The notes below the pieces were generated by a model. That model saw nothing but the letters and a program-made list of their open reading frames with translations. It had not been told where the DNA came from and made no database searches. A stretch of 64,000 nucleotides of DNA, taken from Hypanus sabinus. Its lineage: Eukaryota. Location: positions 22,816,001 through 22,880,000 of the forward strand of contig NC_082729.1 in assembly GCF_030144855.1 (NCBI RefSeq). Direction: 5' to 3'. Position 1 is the stretch's first letter. The number at the start of each line of letters is the position of its first letter. Both the position numbers and the translations under genes were made by a program. Below, in pieces: positions 50,270 to 61,489 of this stretch.

Positions 50270-51080
50270 CAGCACTGCAATGCAATATATAATAAGAAAT
50301 GAAAAAGGTTTGAATTACATTAAGTACATGTATATATTAAATTATTAAATTAAATACGTAGCTCAAAAATAGAAATAAAAAAGTTCATGGGATCAATGCC
50401 CATTATAAGTAGGATGGCAGACGGAAAGAAGCTGTTTCCGAATCGTTGAGTGTGTGCCTTCAGGCGTCTTTGCTCTCTTCATGATTGTAGCAGGGAGAAC
50501 AGGGCATGACCTGGGTGATGAGGGTCCTTAATCATGAACTCCGACTTTTTGAGGCATTACTTCCTGAAGGTTTCCAGGATTCTACGGAGGCTGGTGCTTA
50601 TGATGGAGCTGACTAAGTTTTCCACTCTCTGCAGCTCACTTTGATCCTGTGCAGTAGCTTCGTCTCCCCACACTCCGGTACTGGATGGTGATGCAGCTAG
50701 TTAAAATGCTGTCCACGGTACATCTGTCGAAATTTTCAAGCATTATTGGAGGCATATCAAATCTTCTCAAGCATAGCTGCTGTTTTGCGTTCTTTGTGGT
50801 TCAGGTTAGATCCTCAATAGATATTGACGCCCAAGGACCTGAAAGTACTCCGGATTTCCACTTTTGATCCCTTTATGAGTACCGGTGTGTGTTCCCTCGT
50901 CTTACCCTTTCTGAAATCCACAATCAGGTATTTGGTTTTACTGACGTTGAGTGCAAAGTTGCTCTTACACTCGACTAGCTGATATATATCACTCCTGCAC
51001 GCTCTCTTGTCACCATCTGAAATTCTGCCAGCAATGGTTGCATTTCCAGCAAATTTATAGATGGCCTTTAAGCTATGCCT
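50270..51080 (-). mobile_element. Rex/Babar-like 3' fragment
   Basis: Homologous to 30910-31385 and 46410-47090. Confidence 0.7.
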
Positions 51081-53049
51081 GTTGCAACTGCTTCACCTCA
51101 CCCCTGTTAGCCCGTTCTGACACCCAGAAGTCTGTGTATAAAATCATACATCGGAATACCCCTTTACCCGTTCTCTTCTCACGTCAAAAATGTACCCTCC
51201 TGTATTTAAAATTCCCATCCACAGAAAAGGTCACTGACTGGCTACACGACCTGTGCCTCTCATAATTGTGTAAAGTAACATCGGGGTCTCCCCTCGGCCG
51301 CCGAAGCTCCGGAAAAAACAACTCGAGCTTGGAGTGTTTTGTGCGTTTCGGGTTGCCGCATTACAGGAAGGATGTGGAAGCTTTGGGTAGGGTATAGAAG
51401 AAGTTGGAAAAAACTCGAATCCAGGCAGCATCCTGGTGTACCTCTTTTATTCATTATTTTATTGATATACAGTACGGAATAGGCCCTTCTGGCCATTCGA
51501 GCCACGCCGCCCAGCAATGGCACAATTTAACCTGAGCCTAATAATGGGACAATTTCCATGTGACCACTGTGGAAGGAAACCGGAGCACCCGGAAGAAACC
51601 CACGAAGCTATGGTACAAACTCCTTAGAGGCACCACCTCCTGGGACATCCGATACCGCACAAAACACTTCAACTTCAGGCTAGCAACGATTTGCACAGTT
51701 GCAACGTGACCCCCTGACGATTATATCTAATGCTTCGACCAATAACTACAAGGATGCCTTACGCCTTCTACGACACCCAACCTATTGGGTGGCCAATTTC
51801 AAGCAACCATGGATTTAGATCAGAGTATCACTCTATACATTAGGGCTCTTAAGGGTATTGCCATTAACTGTCCACTTTCGGCATGGACCCTCCCAACGCG
51901 TAACAGCTCACACTGAACCAGATTAACTGTCATCTGCCATTTCTTCCCTCCCACTATCTTTAATTGATCTCACCATGAAGGATCACATCTACCCTGCTCA
52001 TGGGCTTGTTGTCCCACTCCCATTAGGGAGGAGGCAACGTAGCTTCTAAACCAGACGATCAGATTCAAAAACAGTTACTTCCCCCACGGTTTAGAAGAGC
52101 ACAATACTAGGAACAGCAAAGATATTGTACCGTACGCTAAACTTCGCAGACCTCTAGCAGAGGTCCCGATATTGAGGGGAAAATAATGGGTGAGATGTGT
52201 GTGTGTGTGTGTGTGTGTACATACATACACAAGCTATCTAATTATGCTTTGCGGTAGACAATTGTAGTATTTATGCATTTATTTATTTATTTATTTACCT
52301 ATTTATTTGTGCTGCATCAGATCCGGAGTAACATTTCGCCCATTCTGCTTTACGATTGTGTACTGGAAATCACATTAAATGGTCTTGAATCTTGGGTCTT
52401 GGATCTATATCCCGCTGCATTCTCTGAAAAACTTCTTCCTCCAGTCTTCGTGTCATCTGCAAACTTGCTAATCCACCCAGTCCCGCCGAAGGATTTCGGC
52501 CCGAAACGTCGACGGTGCTCTTTTCCATAGAGGCTGCCTGCCCTGCTGAGTTCCTCCGGTATTTTGTATGTGAAGCCACCTGTCTAACATTTCATTCTTC
52601 ATCTATACATCGCACAAACAGCAGAGGCCCCAGCACTGATCGTTGCAGAAATTAGCCAGAAAATCGCCTCTCCAGAAGAGCCAATGGACAAGCCCATTCT
52701 TACTCCGCACTACCAAGTCAACCTGGATCCCGCCCAACTTGCAAGTATATTGAACGAGTGGCAGAATAAATTCCAGTGGTGTAAGATTTTGGGTTTTATC
52801 TTTGTAATGAGCTGTATTTCGATTAAAGGAAAGCTCAAGGATCAGATACAGAGCGAAGCTCTTTTACGCTGTCCCATTGCACATACTGGTCATGATAAGC
52901 CCGTAAGATCTAGGAGCAGAATAAATCCATTTGACTGAGAAAATTTCCCTCTCAGCCCCAAACTCCTGTCTTTTCCTTGTACCCCTTCAGGCCCTGGCCA
53001 ATCAAGGCAGCAGTACATGGCTTGTAAGAAAAAAAAGGTGGTTTTGAAC

Positions 53050-53402
53050 TGACATAGTTCTGCGGTTCCCCACTGCGTTTCCTCTCTGTTTCTCCTCGTG
53101 TCATCGGTCCAGCTTCCTCTCACTGAGCTGATTGGACCGGCGGAGTGTGAATCATACTCTGACCCCATCGATCAGCAATCTATCATCTATAACCCAGTCA
53201 GCACTCCGAACCCGTACCAGACCCGCGTTCAGGTACGCCGCACGTCGCCTTTTCAGGTCTCCCCGGGTCCGCTGACAGTCCCACCGTGGGTCGCTGCACC
53301 GTTCCAGTTCAAGAGCAGTTGCTTGACGTCGCTACAGTTAGCGATCGCAGTTCTGTTCCGCACTGCTCAAGAGGGCAAACTGAGTCGGAGATTCCGGGGA
53401 AG
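53050..53402 (+). promoter_or_regulatory. Third promoter plus non-coding exon 1 (donor GT at 53403); no coding exon in the window
   Basis: tctcctcgtgtcatcggtccagcttcctctcactgagctg; TGCGGTT at 53061; gagattccGGGGAAG|GTGAGCTG; satellite unit upstream at about 52840-52890. Confidence 0.7.
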
Positions 53403-54019
53403 GTGAGCTGCAATTCCAGGGACAGTAGGGTCCATCGTGCGAAAAATGGGTCCCGGGAGGAATACAGGAGTCGGGGTCTAAGGGGGTAGAACGCACGAAA
53501 GAGGGTGACAGGAAAAGGGAACGATATGGAGCGGAACGCTCGGAAGCTTTGAAAGCTTTTAAAAATTTAAAGGTAATTTACACGGAGAGGAAGAGTCTGC
53601 ATGTAGAGATAAGAGACAGGCTGCCTCTACACATGAGAGCAGGCCGTTCAGAACTGGTGAACCAAACAGACTCTATGGCAACATGCCATATGGCAAGTCG
53701 ACTTCTTTCTAATGTCCGGTGTTTCAGTGGCCTCCTCATCCACCCGCCACTCGCTGTGTAAAAAATGTTACACCGCACATCTATTTTAACTGACCTCCCA
53801 CCTGAAATCCATTTCAAAGAGTCAGAGAGAAGTACAGCACTGAAACAGGCCCTTCAGCCCATCTAGTCCGTGTCGAGCCATTTAAACTGCCTGCTCTCAC
53901 CCACCTCCACCGGAACCATAGCCCTCATATGCCTGCCATTCATACACATTACCTATCCAAACTTCTCTTAAACGTTGAAATCGACCTTGCATACACCACT
54001 TACGCTACCAATTCAATCT

Positions 54020-55140
54020 TTCCATCGCGTAGATGAGGAAATGGCACACGGGGCAGGCGTTCAGATTTGTGAATTACTGGGATCTCTTCTGGGCAAGGTG
54101 CTACCTGTACAAAAGGGACGTTTACACCCGAACCCGAGGAAGTTCAATTTCCTGAGGACTCGTTGGCTAAAGTTATTCGGGAGGGTTTAAACTAATTTTG
54201 CAGGGAAATGGGAACCGGGACGATGGGGCTGAGGATGAGGTAGTTGGTTTGCAAACAAAGTCAATGTAGAGTGAGACTTCCAGCAATGAGAGGCTGATGA
54301 TAGGGTAAAATTGCAGTGAGCGGGATGAGTTACAATGTGAAAGGCGGACAAAATTGATAAGCGTAAATACGGGACTGAAGGTGTTGTATTTGAATGTATG
54401 CAGTATGCGGAATAGGGTAGATGAACTTGTAGCACAGTTACACATTGGCATGTATGATGTTGTAGGCATCACTGCATCATGGCTGAAAGAAGATTATGGC
54501 TGGCAGCTTAAAGTCCAAGGATACACATACAATTAAAAAGTAGACAGCAGGGCAGCGGGTGTGGCATTGCTCTTTTAGTTAATAATGAAATCAAACCTTT
54601 AGAACGAGATGACATAAGGTCGGAAGCTGTAAAATCATCCTTAGAACTAAGGAACTACAAAGGTAAAAACAAACACCCTGATTGTACTTGTATACAACCC
54701 CCAAAAAGTAGTAAGGATGTAGTCTACAAATTACAACGGGAAATTGAAAATGCATGCCAAAAGGGAAATGGTACGGTAGTCATGGGGGATGTCAATATGC
54801 AGGTAGATTCGGGATATCAGATTGGTTATAGATCCCAAGAGGTAAATTTCAAGAATGGCTTTAAGATGGATTTTTTGTTCAGGTCATGGTTAAGCCCAAT
54901 AGGGGATCAGCTGTTCTGGATTGATTGTTGTGCAGTTACCTGGAATTGACAGAGTTTAAAGTAAAAAAAAAACCTTTAGGGGTAAGAGATCATAATCTGA
55001 TCTAATTTTTCCTGAAATTTGAGAAGGAGAAGCTAATGACAGATATATCAGTATAACAGTATAACAACAGGGGAATTACAGTGGTATGAGAGAGGAGTTC
55101 GCCAGAATTGATTGGAAAAGAACACTGGCAGGGTTAATGG
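54020..55140 (+). mobile_element. CR1 fragment (ORF1 end and APE)
   Basis: LKVLYLNVCSMRNRVDEL, VVGITASWL. Confidence 0.85.
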
Positions 55141-55142
55141 TT

Positions 55143-58100
55143 ACCTACAGCCCTCTATTTCGCTAAGCTCCATCTACCTATCCTGGAGTCCCTGAAAAGA
55201 CCCCACCGTATCCGCCTCCACTACCGTTGCTGGCAGCCAATTCCTCACACTCACTACTTCCTGCGTCGAAAACTTACGCCTGACATCCCTGTACCTACTT
55301 CCAAGCACCTTAACACTGTGCCCTCTCATGTTAGCCATTGCAACCCTGGGAAAAAGCCTCTGACTATCCACACAATCAATCCCTCTCATCATCTTAGACA
55401 CCTCTCAGGTCACCTCTCATCTTCCGCCGCTCCAGGGAGAAAAGGCCAAGTTCAATCAATTTATTCCGATAAGGCATGCTCCACAGTCCAGGCAGCATCC
55501 TTGTAAATATCCTCTTCTATGGTTTTCACATCCTTCCTCTAGTGAGGTGACCAGAACTGAGCACAGTACTCCAAGTGGGGTCTGACCAGGGTCCTATATA
55601 GCTGAAACATTACCTCTTGACTCTTAAACTCAATCCCACGGTTGATGAAGGCCAATGCATTATACGCCTTCTTACCCACATAGTCAACCTGCAGCAGTTT
55701 TGAGTGTCCTATGGACTCGGACCCCTAGATCCCTCTTATCCTCCACACTGCCAAAAATCTTACCATTAATACTATATTCTGGGATCATATTTGAGCTACC
55801 AAAATGAACCACCTCACACTTATCTGGGTTGAACTCCATCTGCCACTGCTCAGCCCAGTTTTGCATCCTATCGATGATTTGCTGTAACATCTGACAGCCC
55901 TCCACCCTATCCTCAACACCTCCAACTATTGCGTCATAAGCAAATTTACTAACCCATCCCTCCACTTCCTCATCCAGGTCACTTATAAAATCACGAAGAG
56001 AACGAGTCCCAGAACAGATCCCTGAGGCACACCGCTGGTCACCGAGCACCATGCAGAATATAACCCGTCTGAACCACGCTTTGCCTTCTGTGAGCAAGCC
56101 AGTTCTGGATCCACAAAGCAAGGTCCCCTAGGATCCCATCCCTCCCTACTTTCTCAATATGCCTTGCACGGGGTACCTTATCAAATGCCTTATCTTAGAA
56201 AGTATGTTCTACAACTGGAGAAGTTTTAATGGGTTCGCGTAATTGATTCCAGAATTGTCAAATGAAGAGCGTTTCTGGGCTCTAGATCAGTATTCACTAG
56301 AATTTAGAAGACCTCATTGACGCCTATCGAAATGTGAAAGGCGTTGATGCAGTGGATGTGGAGACGATTTTTCCTCTTGTGGGAGAGTTTAAGACCAGGT
56401 GACACGTGTTCAGAATAGAGGAGCATCCTTTTAGAATAGATATGGGGACACATTTCTTTAGCCAGAGAATGGTGAATCTGCGGGATGTGTTGCTACGTGC
56501 AGCTGTGGAGGACAAGCCTTTATGTATATTTAAGGCAGATAATGCTAAATTCTTGATTCGTCAGGCCATGAAAGGATACATGGGACGGGTGATATTCCAG
56601 TAGTTTTCCCACCACCGATGTTAAGGTAACTGGCCTATAATTTCCTGGTTTATCTTTAGAGCCTTTCTTAAACAGTGGAACAACATTGATTACCCGCCAG
56701 TCCTCCGGCATCTTACCTGTCGCTGAGAATATAATTTAAATATCTCTGCTAGGACCACTTCCGTTTCTGCACCTGACGCACGCAGGCTCCAAGGGAACTC
56801 CTTCTCAGAACCCAGGGATTTATCCATCTTAATTTGCCTCAAGGCAGCAAACACTTCTTCCTCTAAAATCTGTTTCGAGTCCATGAAATTAATGTTGTTT
56901 AGTCCTACTTCTCTGTACACCCTATCTGTCTCCTAAGTAAATAAAAAATGGAAAACAAAATGCATTTACGACTCCCCCATCACTTTTGGCTCCATGCATA
57001 GATTACCATTCTGATCTTCCAAAGGACTAACTTTCTCCATTGCGATCTTATTGCTCTGAACATATCTGCAAAATCCCTTTGGATTCTTCTTCACCTCGTC
57101 TGCTAATGCAATCCTGTACTTCGTTTTAACCCTCCTAATTTACTTCTACAGCATTCTCTTACATTTCTTATATTCCACAAGCATGCCATTTGTTATCATC
57201 TGCCTATAGCTGCAGTGCACTTTTGTTTTGCTTAACCAGTGTCTCAATGAGATTATCTCTTCCCTACATCTATTGACATTAACTTCTAATCTGACAGGCA
57301 CATGCAAACTTTGTACTCTCGAAACTNNNNNNNNNNNNNNNNNNNNNNNNNNNNNNNNNNNNNNNNNNNNNNNNNNNNNNNNNNNNNNNNNNNNNNNNNN
57401 NNNNNNNNNNNNNNNNNNNNNNNNNNNNNNNNNNNNNNNNNNNNNNNNNNNNNNNNNNNNNNNNNNNNNNNNNNNNNNNNNNNNNNNNNNNNNNNNNNNN
57501 NNNNNNNNNNNNNNNNNNNNNNNNNNNNNNNNNNNNNNNNNNNNNNNNNNNNNNNNNNNNNNNNNNNNNNNNNNNNNNNNNNNNNNNNNGAGGGTAGGAG
57601 CAATGGGGAGAGTCAGAGAGTCATACAGCACCGAAACAGGCCCTTCGGCCCACATTATACCTGCTGGCCAGGATTCCTGTCTCAACAAGCCGCATATCCC
57701 TCTAAACCAGAAATGCACAATCTGAGGTGCACGGTCTACTATTCAACACCTTTCCTATCCCTGTATCTGCCCAAGGGTCTTTTAAATATCGTTCATGTAC
57801 CCGCCTCAACCACTTCCTCTGGCAGCTCGGTCCATACACAGACCTCTTTCAGGTGGGTAAAAGGATTCCTCAGGTCCCCTTTAAATATCTCTTCTCTAAA
57901 CGTGAACCTGTATCCCCTACCCTGGGTAAAACGGCAACGACCTCCAACCTTATCTACACCCCTAAGATTTTTTAGAAATATAGAAACATAGAACTGTGCC
58001 CCGGAAAGCTCCTCTGTACAAACTTCCAAGCACCTTAAAACTGTGCCCTCTCGTGCTAGCCATTTCCACGCTGGGAAAAAGCCTCTGACTCTCCACACGA

Positions 58101-58900
58101 TTAATGCCTCTTATCATCTTATACACCTCTAGCAGTTCACCTCTATTCCTCCGATGCTCCAAGGGAAAAAGGTCTAGTTCATTTAACCTGTTCTCATAAG
58201 GGATGCTCCCGAATCCAGGCAACATCCTTTTAAATTCCCTCCACCCTTTCTGAGGTTTCCATATCCTTCCTATTGTGAGGCGACCAGAGCTGAGCACAGT
58301 ACTCCGAGTGGGGTCTCACCAGGGTCCTAAATAGCTGTAAGCCACTGTAAGGTCAAACCTCGGCCTCCGTAACTCAACGGAAGACAGGTTCAGCCTGTCC
58401 AGCCCCTATTTGTACTGTACCACAAACGTTCCAGGCGCAAGAACATCCTGGAGAATATCGCTTGCCCCCTCTCAGGCTTAATGACTTCGTTGTTATAGCT
58501 GGGCGACCAGAACGGAGCAGAACACCCCAACTGTGGTCCCACCGACGTCTTCTACAGTGTAACGTGACGTCCTAACTCCTGCACTTAGTGTTCTGACCGA
58601 TGAAGACGAACGTGTAAAATGCTTCCTTACCGCTCAGTTTAGCTTTGTCATCACTTTCGGGGGAACCATCTACCTGTACCCATATATCTCTCTGTTCTGC
58701 AATACTCCCAAGGCCCTACGGTTCACTGTGAAAGGTCTACACTCATTTGTCTTCCCGAAGCGGAACAAGTCGCGCTTGCCCAAATTTATCTGGGTCTATC
58801 ATTACCTAGCTGATCAAAATCCCTTAAAAATACTGAAAACTGCCTTCAGCATCAGCGACAACACCTATTTCAGTGTAATCTACAAACGTGCTAACTATAT
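55143..58900 (-). mobile_element. Pile of nested CR1 fragments, mostly - strand (+ piece about 56190-56590; gap 57327-57589)
   Basis: WQMEFNPDKCEVVHFG, PEDWRVINVVPLFKKG, ELLEVYKMIRG. Confidence 0.85.
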
Positions 58901-59189
58901 TTTGTACCTTCTCAGTCATAAAATTGAATCGTCTGCTCCCTCACTCCGAACTACCAGCTCATGACGAGGGGTTTCTGGGTCTGAAACGTCAAATCTTTAT
59001 TTCCTCTCCACAGATGCTGTCTGACCTGCTGAGTTGCTCCAGCATTTTATGCGCTGTGCTTGTGAAATGTTTATCGATTTTCCTTCATCTTCTCTACCAA
59101 GGCTCTCTCATGTCACCTTTCTTGCTCCTTGGGTTTCCTAATTGAATACACTCCGCATCCTTTGTCCTCGTAGCAGTCTGTACCTTAAC

Positions 59190-60720
59190 CATAAGACCAA
59201 AAGATATCGGTGCAAGTTTAGGCCATTTGGCCCATCATGTCTGCTCCGCCATTTCATCGGGTGATCCATTTCCTTCTCAGCCCCAATCTCCAGCTTTCTC
59301 CCTGCATACCTTCAAGCCAAGACTAATCAATCTATCCACTTCTGCCTTAAATGAATTGGCCACCACGGCCGATTGTGGCAAGCAATTCCCCGGATTCACC
59401 ACTCCCTGACTAAAGAATTCCTCTTCATCTCCGTTCTAAATGGACATCCCCCCGCCAGAGGAAACATCCTTTCCACGTCCACCCTATCGAGCCCTTTCTA
59501 CTCCCGATACGTCCTCTGTGAGGTCCCACTCATTCTTCCGAATTCCAGCGAGTACAGAAAACTGACCAAGACGTGGTGAGACCACACTTGAAGGATTGTG
59601 TTCAGTTTTGGTCGTACTGCCGTAGGAAAGATGCCTTTAGGCTGGAAAAAGTACATAGGAGATGTTGCTATGACTGGAGGGTCAGTGTTAAGGAGAGAGA
59701 GATTGGGTATGTTGGGATTTTATCTGTTAGAGTTTAGGAGACTGAGGAGTGACCCTATGGAGATATATAAAACCACAAGGGATATAAATAGGATGAAGAC
59801 AGTTCTTTCATGCTGGGTTGGGGAATCAAGTACTGGAGGGCACAGGCTTAAGATAGTATGGGAGAGATTTTATAGTGACCTGTGGGCACATTTTTAACCT
59901 AGAGATTAGTCAGTATATGGAACGAGTTTCTGCAACTGCCGGTACCTAACCCACGGCTCCATCTTTTTATTGGGGAGGGCTGCAATATCTATCGTTGTCT
60001 AGGATTCCTTAATCCTGCCACCTTTGCCTTTCATAGTGACGGGAACACCTGAAATTGAAGTCTGAAAATATCTCCTTTAAAAGCCGCACTACTGCCAGAG
60101 GACATTTTACCTGCAACCAACCTACTCTGACTGACTGCCACAGGTCCCTCTCCAGTGCTGTTAACATTTGCCATCCCCGATTTAGAACCGCAACTTGAGG
60201 GCCTGGCCTGTCCTTTTTCATCACTAATTTAAAATTGCTACAATTATGATCACTCGTCTCAAAGTGCGCCCACACGGGCTCCTTGGACACGTGCCCTGCC
60301 CCCCCCCCCCCCCCAGGACAAGGATCCCCCTCTCCCTGGCAGGGATTTCTATATACTAAATGAAACCTTCCTGACCAAACCCAACAAACTCTACCACATC
60401 GAAGACCAGAGCTCCATGGCAATGGATGTCTGTAAAGTTAAAGTCACCTACGATGAGAACCCTATCATTCCTGCAACGTTTCGCAATCTCCGTACAGATG
60501 TGTTCCTTTAATTCCGGTTGACAATTAGACGGCCTACGGTACAATCCCACCGAGGTGATAATTCGCTTTTTATTTCCATGCTCCACCCAGAAAGATACTT
60601 TTGTAATTTTATCTCTGACTCCTGCTCTGATGTTATCTTTCACCAGTCAGGCAACTCAATCTCCTCTCTGTCCTCCACCTCTATCTCACCTATAATACCT
60701 GCAACCTGGAACAGTTAACA
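59190..60720. mobile_element. Mixed-orientation CR1 fragments (APE on the - strand, 60000-60720)
   Basis: GLYRRPS, IVGDFNF, TSDHN. Confidence 0.8.
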
Positions 60721-61054
60721 GCCATACCTGTTCCTCCTATAGACATGCTTATGTAATGGGTGTAATATTCTATTCTAATGTACCTATCATGACCTGAGAG
60801 GTTGGACGAAGCTTGGTTGTTTCCTCTGGAGCTCCGGAAGACCAGGTAGATCCCGATAGAAGTTTTTAAATTCCAGAAAGTCAAAGATAGAGCAGACAGG
60901 TAGAATCTCCTCCCGGGGCTGGAAATATCAAATGCTGGAGGACAAGTATTTAAGGAGAGAGGGGAAGTTCAAAGGAGAAGCGTGGTACTTTTACACAGAG
61001 AGGAGTGTTGGGAAATGAGGAGGAAGCTTCTACCAAAAGCAAAGCAGCGGAGAT

Positions 61055-61440
61055 GATTTTGCAGTGAGTGATAATTAACAAGTCAACTGCAAAATTAATA
61101 GCCAGGAGGGTCCAGTAAATAAGTTGGAAACGATACTGAATACGACAGTGTAAGAAGGTCACTGAAAGCTGGGAACAAACGGTTGAAGCTGTCAGGATCG
61201 TGTGAGCGACCAAAGATTGTGGATGGGAGCTGGGTTTAAATATAATCGGGAGGCAGCTGACTTGTTTTAGCTGTGCGGAAATTGGATGGAACTTGTCTGT
61301 GCATGCCTGACAAGGGGTGTGTACGTGAACTGCCAGCGAATGCTGAGATAAAGGGCAGAAATAGCGCCCTGATAAGCAGTTCCACAGAACTCAGTTTGAG
61401 GAAATTCAGTCATTAACACCAACAAGTAGCATTGAAACCA
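61055..61440 (-). pseudogene. Decayed GPCR paralog: promoter copy (61388-61440) and N-terminus/TM1 remnant
   Basis: aactcagtttgaggaaatt identical to 15272-15290; - strand reads SFNRLFP...PTYLLDPPG then, after a frameshift, NFAV, compared with SFNSVMP...ITFLLGVPGNCAV in gene 2. Confidence 0.5.
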
Positions 61441-61489
61441 CATAGTACAACAGTAACATAGAAAAGCGAAGTGAGTTTTTGCTACTCAG

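Noticed and set aside
10331-57589. ORFs spanning N runs (gaps 10331-10516, 19032-19187, 23562-23690, 34443-34625, 57327-57589)
   Set aside because: Assembly-gap artefacts
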